A stretch of DNA of 60,626 nt, counting the filler, from Squatina squatina (Eukaryota), in assembly GCA_031763465.1 (NCBI GenBank). It is 4 parts of 4 records of this genome, joined end to end, with 100 filler letters (N's around TTAATTAATTAA, not from the genome) between each part and the next. Parts side by side here need not be neighbours in the genome. Positions count along the whole stretch, not along the records: positions 41,421 to 60,626 come from JARFOE010000222.1; 3 more parts are not named here. One strand, given 5' to 3'. The translations under genes were made by a program, and so were the position numbers. Below, piece by piece: positions 49,958-60,626 of this stretch. The number at the start of each line of letters is the position of its first letter. Position 1 is the stretch's first letter. The notes under the pieces are model-generated. The model had not been told where the DNA came from. It saw nothing but the letters and a program-made list of their open reading frames with translations, and made no database searches.

Positions 49958-50062
49958 CTGTACCAAAACAAGTTTTTTTTAACACCTATTGCATTTCTGT
50001 TCATACCAATCACTTCAGGTGCAAGCTAACATGACAGTCATAAAAGGATAGTGGTGACGTAC

Positions 50063-50143
50063 ACTTCTATTTCATCATGTAGTAATCCAAACAGCAGTCC
50101 TTCTTGCTCCTCAGCTTTAAACTTGAAGCCCTCTTCAGCGAGC
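50063..50143 (-). CDS. Ankyrin-repeat gene exon
   Basis: ttacag|G CTC GCT...GAA GT|gtacgt; (W)LAEEGFKFKAEEQEGLLFGLLHDEIE(V); phase 2-2. Confidence 0.8.
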
Positions 50144-50414
50144 CTGTAAATTAAATCAAACCAACATTAAAGAATAAAAGGTAACTGGAAAATATAAATG
50201 CGCTAAGTTTGAATATCTTGCCATCTGCGCTTATACTCTTTTCATCTTAAATATAAGCATCTGTTACGTGATCAGGGAGCTAATGGATCAGTCTTGGATG
50301 CAAACTCTATTTTTTTTTACTTGTAGGTGACACAAAACATTTCCTTAAGTGAAAGAAACAAACTAAGGCATTTTGATGTAATTAAAACTAAAATTAAATT
50401 CAGATTTTTAAAAA

Positions 50415-50770
50415 TTCATTCTCAGGATAGGAGTGTCATTGGCAAGGCCAGCATTTATTGCCCAACCCCAGTTGCTCTGAGAAGCTTGTGCTGGATCTTT
50501 TTCTGGAATCGCTGCAGTTCATATGGTGAAGGTGCTCCAACAATGCAGTTAGGTAGGGAGTTCCAGGATTTTGACCCAGCTATGATGAAAGAACAATGAT
50601 ATATGTCCAAATCAGGATTGTGTGTGACTTGGCAGGCAGGAGGTGATGGTGTTCCCATGCACCTACTGCCCTTGTCCATCTAGGAGATCACGGTCCCATG
50701 TTTGGGAGTTGCTGCAATACATTGTGTAGATAGTACACCCTAGAGCCAAGGTACATCAATGGTGGAGGGG
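50415..50770 (-). mobile_element. Non-LTR retrotransposon 3' end
   Basis: FIIAGSKSWNSLPNCIVGAP..LQRFQK; same family as 41421-41595. Confidence 0.75.
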
Positions 50771-50809
50771 TACAATGATTAGGCTAGTGGATCAGGTACT
50801 GATTAGCAG

Positions 50810-52207
50810 ACTGTTTTGTGCTGGATGATGTTGGGATATTTTTAAAACAACTGGCGAGAAATTCATATACTTACCGCTCCCTGATTGCGCCAGCAATTCT
50901 GGAAAAAATGGCAGCCGCCGCTCTTGTGCCAGCTGGAGGTGGTCCCCATGGCCGCCGCCATATTTGTGGGTCCCTTTGCACTGCTGGTAACTGGCAGAGC
51001 CCTGTAATAGAAAATGACAGTGTGGTGACATCACACACCGACATAATGTCACCTATGCGAACTTTGACCCTAGTGCTGAATTCAGTGCTGAGTCCGAAGC
51101 CCACCAGGGTAACCTGGTGTACAGGCAGCTGACAGATGTTGACAGGGGCGATATCTGCAGCTGTTAAAGGGACATTAATCAGGTCAGTCTGAATGGAAGG
51201 ATTTGGCCTTGGATTTTTGGATTTTATTGAAGTGGTGACTTGCGACAGTATATGTGAAAAGTTTTTTTAGTGTTTTGGGACTGCTACTGGATGCTTTCAA
51301 GAGCTCAGATGGCAAGTGAGCACCTTTGAGAAGACAGAACATGCTGCAAATAATCAGCAAGTCACGCTACATTTGTTGAGTTCATGTTTCAGGCCGACAT
51401 GCTGCCTGACCAACTGAGTATTTGCAGCATCTTATGCTGTCATTTCACATTTACAGCATCTGCTTGCAGATGGAAGACGAAGACACAGAAGAGGAGGAAG
51501 CCAAAGAGGAGGAATCACAGGGAAGGATGCATTCCAGACAGCCCCTTTGTGGCCGGGATATCTGGGATGGAATCATCCGCATTCGGTTCCACTGGCTGGG
51601 TAGTCTACCTCTTTTTGTTGACCCACTGGCTGGGCAGGTTACATTTATTGGGTGTGTGAAACAAGGAAGGCACAAGGGTGTAGTTGTGGTGGTGATGGGA
51701 GGGCGGAAAAACTAGAGGCGCATGCCAGAAAGGGGATAATGTATGAGGATACCCGCATCTTGTATCCTTTCAGCCCCACCACTGGCCAAGGGCTCAGCCA
51801 TGTCCCTGTCAAAAATGGCCAGCACTGTCTCCTCCAAGCGGGAGAGGTGATGCTAGGAATGGTAGATGTGCGTCGTCATTGGTGCAGATTCTTGGTAGGT
51901 GAGTTATTGGGAGTCCTGAATTGAGCAGTGTGTGNNNNNNNNNNTCACGGAACTTGATCAGTGGTCTGAGGTCTTGAAGCTTCTTTGGGCACTGGAGCCA
52001 GGTGGGGGGTGTGACACTGCTGGCTGCGATGGCCTTGGTAATGTAGTTCCACATTGTTCTTTCTGGAGGGCCTCCTGGCCCCTGTGTGTAAAGGGCCAGT
52101 CTTGCAGTGTTGACCCCCCTGCACAAAGCTGGAGTGCCGTGTGTGAGACCCTGAGTGGCCATTCACTAGCTTGCTGAGCCAATTGTGTTAGTGTTGAGGC
52201 AGTTTTC
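50810..52207. mobile_element. Internally deleted PIF/Harbinger transposon (convergent transposase and Myb/SANT remnants)
   Basis: Plus strand 51470-51595 gives EDEDTEEEEAKEEE...GRDIWDGIIRIRF, a HARBI1-like C-terminus. Minus strand 51950-52160 gives WNYITKAIAASSVTPPTWLQCPKKLQDL, a decayed Myb/SANT RTWxQCRKKFNDL. Confidence 0.65.
51330..51462. mobile_element. Palindromic Penelope pseudo-LTR-like remnant
   Basis: acagaacatgctgcaaataatcagcaagtca ... tgaccaactgagtatttgcagcatcttatgctgt form imperfect inverted arms. Confidence 0.5.
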
Positions 52208-52467
52208 NNNNNNNNNNNNNNNNNNNNNNNNNNNNNNNNNNNNNNNNNNNNNNNNNNNNNNNNNNNNNNNNNNNNNNNNNNNNNNNNNNNNNNNNNNNNN
52301 NNNNNNNCATAATGGGTTGCACAAATGTAATTACAAAATCAGGTGGGCAGCGACACCAGGCCAGTGCTTCCAACAGTCCGAAAAATAACTGAATACAATC
52401 AGTTTAATAAAAGAACTTCTAGTTTTCAAAATTCTCATTACAAATAAATGAGATTATGTAATCTTAC

Positions 52468-52673
52468 CATTCAGCACATTCCATGTGATTATTGGCCACA
52501 GACAAGTAGAGGAGGCTTGGAGCTTTTCCCTTCATTAATTTTGTGATCATTCGATCTTCTGAGTCAAACTGCTGCAGAAGCTGAATAACATCTATTCTAC
52601 CTTGCATGGCGGCACAATGGATTGGCAGCAGCTCTTTGTTGTTCCATCTTTCTATTGCAGCCTTATGAGGCAG
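52468..52673 (-). CDS. Ankyrin-repeat gene exon
   Basis: acgtag|CTG CCT...GAA TG|gtaag; LPHKAAIERWNNKELLPIHCAAMQGRIDVIQLLQQFDSEDRMITKLMKGKAPSLLYLSVANNHMECAE(W). Confidence 0.88.
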
Positions 52674-54249
52674 CTACGTACATGGAATAATTCATTGTAA
52701 TTAGTTAGTAACAGTTGCTGGCAGAATCTTGACTAGAGCTATTTTAGTAAGATACAATAACAGAGTAGCACCAGATACAAAGCCACCATTTGCCCTGTTT
52801 TGGACAGATCCAGTTGTAAAGCTTATTTGTTGGGCATCCCAACTATTCTGCAGTTGGTTTCTCATACTGAGATTTTAATTTTGTGCAATATTTTCTTTAG
52901 CATTATGTGCATTTAAATAAATTGTATAATGAAAAATTTTAATGTTTTGAAATGTATGTTTAACAGTCTTCTTAACCCAACAACTTACATTCTGTTGTTG
53001 ATGCATTAGTTTATTTAAGGACTTGTTTTAAAAGTCTTGTAAGTCACTCCTCGTAAGACTCACCTGTCACGGATGAAATTTCCTCATCCGAGCACGGCTT
53101 GTAAACTACAGGGGGAACCTAAGAGCACATGGTNNNNNNNNNNNNNNNNNNNNNNNNNNNNNNNNNNNNNNNNNNNNNNNNNNNNNNNNNNNNNNNNNNN
53201 NNNNNNNNNNNNNNNNNNNNNNNNNNNNNNNNNCTTACCTTTAATGTTCATGGTTTTTAAACAATGTGCCACTAATTTATTTTATTTTTACATTTTTAAA
53301 AACTCTTACGTTGATAAAGATAAGCCTGTACGCTTGCTTTTACCATGCGTAAAAGATTAAAGAGCTTTCTATGGGCAAGAGTTGGGCAAATAGCGCAACT
53401 CTCCTCCCAGGAAAGCTCTTTCCTGTCCAGGCGGATGATCTGTCAAGATTTGCGCAGTGCAGCACTAGACCCGGAACCTGCAGGGTCCTTTATGGGTGCC
53501 TGCGAACATCGTATGCACACAGAGGGACTGCAAACTCTGCTACCTTTATTGTTGCTTTGTCACTTTTTAAAAATGGGGTCTTTGACCAGAATATAGTCAT
53601 TGTGGGCATTATGCAGCTGGAATTGCTTTGCAGATGGGGCAGAGCAATCATTTATGAATGGGGCAGATTTTAATTAAATTATATGTTTTTTTAATCTTAA
53701 TCTATTCTTTAAAAAATAAAATCTGCCTCAGATATTCATACAATTTCTATAGACATATATATTCGTACAAATTTCATCCACATCTCAATCAATGGTTGAA
53801 TCATTCAATTGTTTTACTGTAATTTGCCAACATCAGAGTTTCAACTTCCAAAGAAGAGAATCTTGAGATGAAACCTTCATTCCAGGATCTTCCAAACAGC
53901 CAGCTCAGAAGAGGCTGTTCTGCACTCTCTTACATTCTAACATGAATTATCCCACATAGTACAAGCCAAGCAAAATTCTTTGCAAAAGGCACTTTTTTTA
54001 ATAGGAATGTTTCCTCAGGCATTAATTCATTCCCGATACACTCTTAGAAGAAGTGGATAAAGGAAGCATTTTGCTCACCATTAAGGGGCTTCTGCTGTAC
54101 AACAATGATTTGTAAAAATGATGTGAAATAAGCCAAAAATAGTTCAGGGCTAGGCATTAGTAACTACAATGGGCCTGAATCATGAAAACTATCTGGTTCC
54201 ATAAAAGATTGCACATGACTGTTCTCATACATTTCAAATAACTCTCTCA

Positions 54250-54580
54250 ACAGCCTGCTGGGTAAAGGCACTACCTGATGTATTACTAAGCCATAAAGAA
54301 CAGAAGGTAAAAGGTACAATGTCTGTGCTTAGTCAGCTGATCTCATTCGAGGCAGGAATGCTATAATTGATCTCTGTGCATCTGCATTAGCAAAGGGAAA
54401 GCAATTAGCCAGATTTTCTGCTCCTAATTGCTATCCAGTGACATATGTTGGAAAGTGTGTGTCTGTGGTTGCTGGATGAGGACTGGATCAGGGTTGGCTG
54501 TGACGCTCCACGGGCTTGAATTGCCTGCTGTTGATCATAGTTTAGTTTCATATGTGAATCTTGGACAAGGTACCAAAGTG
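54250..54580 (+). mobile_element. Shark SINE-like repeat (degraded)
   Basis: ctgtgcttagtcagctgatctc...ctgctcctaattgctatccagtgac...ggaaagtgtgtg; a partial reverse-complement copy lies at ~41150-41320. Confidence 0.5.
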
Positions 54581-54799
54581 ACTCTGGTGTAAATTGAGCG
54601 TACCCAAAAATGTGAGCATCTTCAGCAAAGGAGAGAATAGCGTTTGAAAATAAAAATCAAGAATATATCAAAATACAGGAAAAAATGTTAAAAATCTTTC
54701 TAAATTAAAAATTTTTGTTTCCCTCTCATGGCTGTGGCTATTTTTCCCCTGTTTACACCCTATCTAGATGTAATGTGCTTCGTAATGTAGCCATTATCA

Positions 54800-54981
54800 C
54801 CTCTGATTGCCTTGCATCATCTCTTAATCTCTTCTGCCTTCCACCCAATCACTAGTCTTTCCCTTTGTTCGTTCTTCCCTCCCTCTCCCCCCGCCCCCTC
54901 ACAGCCCCCTTTCCCTTCCCCTGCTTGAAAACCTGCTGTATTTCTGGCTTTATTCAGTTCTGACAAAGGGTCATCGGCCTG
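54800..54981 (+). mobile_element. Penelope-like 3'/pseudo-LTR fragment
   Basis: ttccacccaatcactagtctttccctttgttc...cagttctgacaaagggtcatcggcctg, then a gap. Confidence 0.6.
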
Positions 54982-55575
54982 NNNNNNNNNNNNNNNNNNN
55001 NNNNNNNNNNNNNNNNNNNNNNNNNNNNNNNNNNNNNNNNNNNNNNNNNNNNNNNNNNNNNNNNNNNNNNNNNNNNNNNNNCCAGACAATCACAGGTTTG
55101 TTACAGATACAGAACAATCTTCAAAAAAGAGAAAGAGTACCAATTAACATTGGGTGGATCTAATCACACTTTCCTTCACCAAACAAATGACTTGGGGGTT
55201 TGGTCAGATATTATGGCCTTAAAGACACAGATGAACCTTAGCATAATAATACATTGAGGATTACATGGTGCATTATCCAACTTATTACTTGCAACCTCAT
55301 GGGAGGTCTGCTAGTCCGATGAAAAGAAAAATACCCTTGATTTTGTGACTGGAAACTGGAGTATTATAAACAAAATGTCTCTACAACAGACCAATACACA
55401 GCAAACCAGCATTCCCAATAATGGAACCTTTCAAAATTTATCATTATTTTTACAATTGGTCAAATAAGCCCCCTGACATAAATCACATGAAACAGAAAAT
55501 CTACATTAAGATTATAAAAAAGTGAAAAACATACTCTTAATTCATATATTAATAATGATAAATAATAACTCTTAC

Positions 55576-55639
55576 TTTGATGTCATCTGTTTTCCCAAAG
55601 TAAGCAGCTGTATGTAACAACGTGCTGCCATTAATGCAC
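55576..55639 (-). CDS. Ankyrin-repeat gene exon
   Basis: gcatag|G TGC ATT...ATC AAA|gtaaga; CINGSTLLHTAAYFGKTDDIK. Confidence 0.85.
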
Positions 55640-56773
55640 CTATGCACAATGGAGAAGTTGCAATTAGAATAGTTGACTGGCTCCAATTTATACAACATTC
55701 TCTTTATATAAAAAGGTGGAGTTACCTAATATCTGGATCTAAACTTAAAGTAGCTTATAGCCCAAAAATACAAATTCAAAAAGCCTCAGAACTTTTGTGC
55801 AATACAAATTCTGAAAGTTACGACCATTCATCCACCATTACATTAGTAGGGGAACAGTCACAGTCTAACTAAATAAAAACTATTACAAAAGCAAAATACT
55901 GCAAATGCTGGAANNNNNNNNNNNNNNNNNNNNNNNNNNNNNNNNNNNNNNNNNNNNNNNNNNNNNNNNNNNNNNNNNNNNNNNNNNNNNNNNNNNNNNN
56001 NNNNNNNNNNNNNTCATAATACTCCTGTGAAGCGCCTTGGGACATTTTACTACGTTAAAGGCATTATTGTTTTTGTTTTACATATACATATATATAAATA
56101 AGAGAGAGAGAGAGTATAGTCTCAAACACTGCCCTTACTTTTTAATAGTTTCAGTTTTTTATTAGTACACTGACACAAAGTGGACAGAGAATGCTCCCTG
56201 CACCGGAATGGGTAGGCTCGAGGCACACTCGATATTGGTGGAATCTTGCTGCACAACCCAGGCAGCTCGTTGGTGAAGCAACTGTAAATTTCAGGCCCTC
56301 AGGTAGGTCCTGGGCAGGGGGGACGCGATCGAGAGGGAGGGGGTGATAGGAGGAAGGAAAGGGGTGATCGGAAGGATAGAGAGGTGGCTGAATGCAGCAC
56401 TTACACATTTCCATGATATGAAAGAATTCCTCTGGTTGTTATGTGTGGTAACATTATAAATGTATTAATAAAGTGCAGTGCTTATGGTATTTGATGGGTT
56501 TAGCTAAAAAGATACTCCGATTATGCAGAGATAGTAATATTACTGTTTCCTAAAGTACATTATACATCTTCTGCTAGCCAAATGCAGAAGATCATAGCTT
56601 TCAAAGACAAAGGAGAAATCTACAACCTGTTTGCTCCTATTAACAAATGGTCTATGCTGGGCATAAATGGAAATATACTGGTGGAAAAATGCCATGGAAA
56701 AAAACTATTTAAAAAGTTATTTTTTAAATGGATATCAAATGCATATGAATGGAAACATTATACCAATACTAAC

Positions 56774-56942
56774 AAAATGGCCCTTCTGACATGCCAAGTG
56801 CAGAGATCCATTGCCAGAGGCTGATTCTTTTGAATGGATAACATCAAGACATGAATCCTTGAAAAACTGAACCATATTTTTCACAACGTGGAAGTAACCA
56901 TTTTTCACAGCTTGGAAGAAAGTTCGCTGCCAGTGACCAGGG
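56774..56942 (-). CDS. Ankyrin-repeat gene exon
   Basis: ggtag|C CCT GGT...CAT TTT|gttagt; PGHWQRTFFQAVKNGYFHVVKNMVQFFKDSCLDVIHSKESASGNGSLHLACQKGHF. Confidence 0.82.
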
Positions 56943-57369
56943 CTACCAGGAAATATTTGGTACAAAAAGCTGTTAGAAAAATATTTAAAAATNNNNNNNN
57001 NNNNNNNNNNNNNNNNNNNNNNNNNNNNNNNNNNNNNNNNNNNNNNNNNNNNNNNNNNNNNNNNNNNNNNNNNNNNNNNNNNNNNNNNNNNNTGCTAATT
57101 TTTTGCAAAAGACTTTCAAACGTAATGGCAAAGTTTATACCAAGTAGAAAATGACGGAATAGATGGAAATATTGCAACATTATAATCAGAAGCAATTATA
57201 CAAGTAATGTATCTGTCAAAATTCCAAACCTCATTGTACCAAATTTTTTTAATCCATTAAATATGAATAGATATTCAAGAAGCAAAGTGATTATATCTCT
57301 TTTCCATAGTAACATATGTTAAATGAGTAGCTGTGAGCACTTGGAGAGTGTGAATAGTCTCCCTTGTAC

Positions 57370-57530
57370 CTTGAAACAAACAGAGCAGACCAGTTTGTTG
57401 TTGTCGAGCTGCAGTTGGCTTGATCGTTCCCAGGTGAACCGGATGTCGTACACTATCAATTTCCATAGCAGTTCACCTATCTGGAGCACAAATCGAAAAG
57501 CACACTTCAAGGCATAAATCACTGTGAAAT
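57370..57530 (-). CDS. Probable upstream non-ankyrin exon of the same gene
   Basis: cttag|AT TTC...TTC AAG|gtacaa; stop-free FTVIYALKCAFRFVLQIGELLWKLIVYDIRFTWERSSQLQLDNNKLVCSVCFK. Confidence 0.6.
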
Positions 57531-59138
57531 CTAAGCATTCAGTGTCAATAATCAGCAAATGACACTGTTATCAGGTGATTTATTAAAGAAAAATAATCAC
57601 ACTGCAAATAAATTAAATCATTTTAATAACTTGCCACCAATAAAGGATTAATATTAAATTACACTTTCTGTCATGTAACACTGATGGACAAAATAACATT
57701 CATCACCTTGTTTTCAAAGTGCAAGGATACATAACTGGTACAGATCTGAAATCTATCCATTTATTTAAACATAATTTAGCCAGCCAGAAATGTCATCACA
57801 CAGTAAGAGTTCATCATCGTCTTACTAAAATTACGACCTAAGGGTATGCTAAGCATATGTTGATGGTTGTAAAGTTTTATTTTTTTTAATTGCAACAGAC
57901 CTTAGGAACAGTTGCTTTGTTCTTGGTAGCACCAAGTGGGACAGGGAAGGGACTAAATCATGAAACTAAACAATACAGTTGCCAGCTGACAGACAGTATT
58001 GAGAGAGGAAATTAGTCAGAAGGAAAAATGTGAGCAGTGATGTGTGAATAAAAAAATCCATGTGTTTGTAAATATGCTGTACCCTGTTTGCCAGAATACT
58101 TTTTAACATTACAAGATATTTCAAAAATATGTGAATCATTGAAGATTCATGCACATCAGAACAGGATTTTTTTTTAATGGGATTTTTTGCTAATTAACAC
58201 TGATTTATTCCTGTGTTTATTGGGTTTTGGTTCAAAAGGGTAATCCTGAAAAGGAATAAAAATTCTTGAATATCCACAGTACTAATTTGTAAAGTGGAAC
58301 TGAGCATATAGCTAACTAAATGATAATGAAATATTGACAAGGGAAGCTGCACAAAATAGTATTGCACTGAGCAATATCANNNNNNNNNNNNNNNNNNNNN
58401 NNNNNNNNNNNNNNNNNNNNNNNNNNNNNNNNNNNNNNNNNNNNNNNNNNNNNNNNNNNNNNNNNNNNNNNNNNNNNNNCCATGAGGCACTCCAGCCTCA
58501 TTATAATATTTAAAGTGCCAACCTGTCTCCTGCGAGCAGGTTGGCTGCCCGCCTATGTTAAAACCCAAAGTGGCTGGGTTGGGGTCGGATTCGGTTTTTT
58601 TTACCCCAACCCACCTGTTTTTGGGGTTAAAATCCCACCCCCCATTGTGTTCAAAATTCTGGGCACCACACTTTAGGAAGGACTTTAAGAAGTACAGAAG
58701 GGATTTGCCAGTACTATGCAGTGCCACAGTTAGATGCAAACAAAATATTTTGTTGACCACATAAGTTATGGTATTGACTATTTTCTTCTAGCAGATATTA
58801 CTAGATGCAATTTTGCAATAAGAATATTTAAAGTCATTTCAGCACCAGAACATTATGTACATACATATGTACTGACAATAAAAAAAAAATGCTTGTTAAT
58901 TCAGAACATTCAAATTCTATTTCTAATTATCATAAAACTGTTCCACTAAATCCTTGCTGTTTATGTGGATGAAAGTTTGTTATTGGCTCTATACATTACA
59001 ATCTTGAAGTATGTATCATTGCATTTCTAAAACCATAATATATGCCAAATTAGGAACAATCTAATGGATAGCTCATAGAATTACACTTCAATTCCAGAAT
59101 CACACTTCAAAACCAAAAACATGCTGCATGACACTTAC

Positions 59139-59349
59139 CTCTTTTTGCTTTATATGTTCTGCCTGCCTTTTTTCATATTCCTCTTTAGTTTTTTGATACG
59201 ATGACCTATTCTTTTTCCTAAAATCAGAAAGTGCAATGAAAGCACAGGATATCCTTTGCATTTCAGCAAGCATCTTCAGCTGCGAGACTTCACCACAGAT
59301 TATCTTCCAGAACTCACTCATTTCTAATGATGTGATTGAAGTCAGTGCT
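59139..59349 (-). CDS. Probable upstream helical/coiled-coil exon of the same gene
   Basis: ttgcag|A GCA CTG...AAA GAG|gtaagt; ALTSITSLEMSEFWKIICGEVSQLKMLAEMQRISCAFIALSDFRKKNRSSYQKTKEEYEKRQAEHIKQKE. Confidence 0.65.
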
Positions 59350-60626
59350 CTGCAATTGTACAGCATTGATACAAAGGGCCACAGTTCAATGACAGAATCA
59401 TGAAAATTTCAGCAGATGGGTGCCACCTGTCCCATTCTGCTCACTCCACGTCAGACTTACCTATTCTCCTGTGTTTGATTTAGCTTCAAATAGCCACATT
59501 GCATATTCTACTAATTCTTGCATGAAAAAATCCTTCTAACGTCTCCCTTTNNNNNNNNNNNNNNNNNNNNNNNNNNNNNNNNNNNNNNNNNNNNNNNNNN
59601 NNNNNNNNNNNNNNNNNNNNNNNNNNNNNNNNNNNNNNNNNNNNNNNNNNCTGGCTCTCCATGGGTCATGTTACGGTGTGAAGCGGGGAACGCACCGTGG
59701 TGTGAAATTTTAAGAGCTGGTCTCCCGGGCTGCTGGAGGCAGCGCTCTGGGAGGAACCTCTGATTCTGGTAAAATCTCCAGTCATTCTGGAAGGATTGGG
59801 AACCCTAGCTGTTGGGGACTTGTGGGAATGGTCCCCACCCATCGTCACAAGGTAAGTGTTTTCAAAGGGAAGCCCCATCGGGGAAGGGGACGAAACTTGG
59901 GGCAGGGTGGCCCAAGAGGAGCAGGAGTGCTTTTTCATCAAAATTAACTGCACAATCCATAAATCAGTTTAATTTACATACGTGCTATTGATACATAATT
60001 AGCATTTAAATTTGTGTTTAGTCTAATCCAAAATAAGACCAGAAATTATGGAAATATCCCAAAGCATTAAACAGTAGAAGTCAACCACCAAGCAGTCATT
60101 TGCCGATGGTTGCAGCAAGTGGGTGTGCGTTCATACTGGCTCTGCAGTGCACAAAGAACAGACTTTATTAAGCAGAATGATGTGAACAGAAAATGCCACA
60201 AAGTCTGTATTTGAATCAGTTCTTGTTTTGGTATGCTGTAGTGAAGTCTGTCATTGAGTTCAGAGGTTATTTTTAAGAACTGTGACTCAGAAAGTAACAG
60301 GACATTATAAGGAGGCTAGGGACATTTTAAGAAATGTACGGTATATGACTAACTTAAAACAACCTGAACTTTAACATGCTGGCTGCACTTACTCTAGACT
60401 GTCTAATAGTTTATGCTTGTCTATGAAATTCCAATGTGTGCAATTATATAACTGATCTATAAAAATGCCCGCACATTTCTGATGACTAATATACACTATA
60501 TTTATAGATCTCATTGGGGCTTTTTACATAAAAGTGCTGGAGGATAGATTTTCTGCCCATTAACTCTGAATAATGCAGAGAAAAAATCTATGACCATATT
60601 TTATTGATTGGAGTGAATTTAATTTA

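Overview
This is eukaryotic, cartilaginous-fish (shark-like) genomic DNA from a very fragmented assembly, not a prokaryotic locus. The taxon is inferred from the repeat landscape: CR1 LINE tails ending in (TTTCTATG)n, Deu-domain SacSINE1-like SINEs, L2 ends, PIF/Harbinger elements and Penelope pseudo-LTRs. Contigs of about 0.3-4 kb are joined mostly by 100-N gaps. Three artificial N44-TTAATTAATTAA-N44 spacers split the window into four separately assembled blocks (1-13220, 13321-26399, ~26500-41320, 41421-60626). Recognisable spliced exons: a RAS-family exon (possibly the fourth ohnolog KRASBL), GYS1, the full ATF4 coding sequence with its overlapping uORF2, MIEF1, TRPV5/6, a TRIM PRY-SPRY exon, an EGF-like micro-exon, two PPFIA (liprin-alpha) exons, and eight exons that probably belong to one unidentified ankyrin-repeat gene. 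I see no evidence of a new multi-gene system. The best leads are the unidentified ankyrin gene, an unidentified YDx(V/A)-rich adaptor exon, a tandemly duplicated betaTrCP-type degron in ATF4, and a perfect 36-bp hairpin in an ATF4-intronic SINE. Weaker leads are a Penelope hammerhead core and a telomeric insertion at a CR1 deletion junction. Gene and repeat identities come from recalled sequences; no searches were run.
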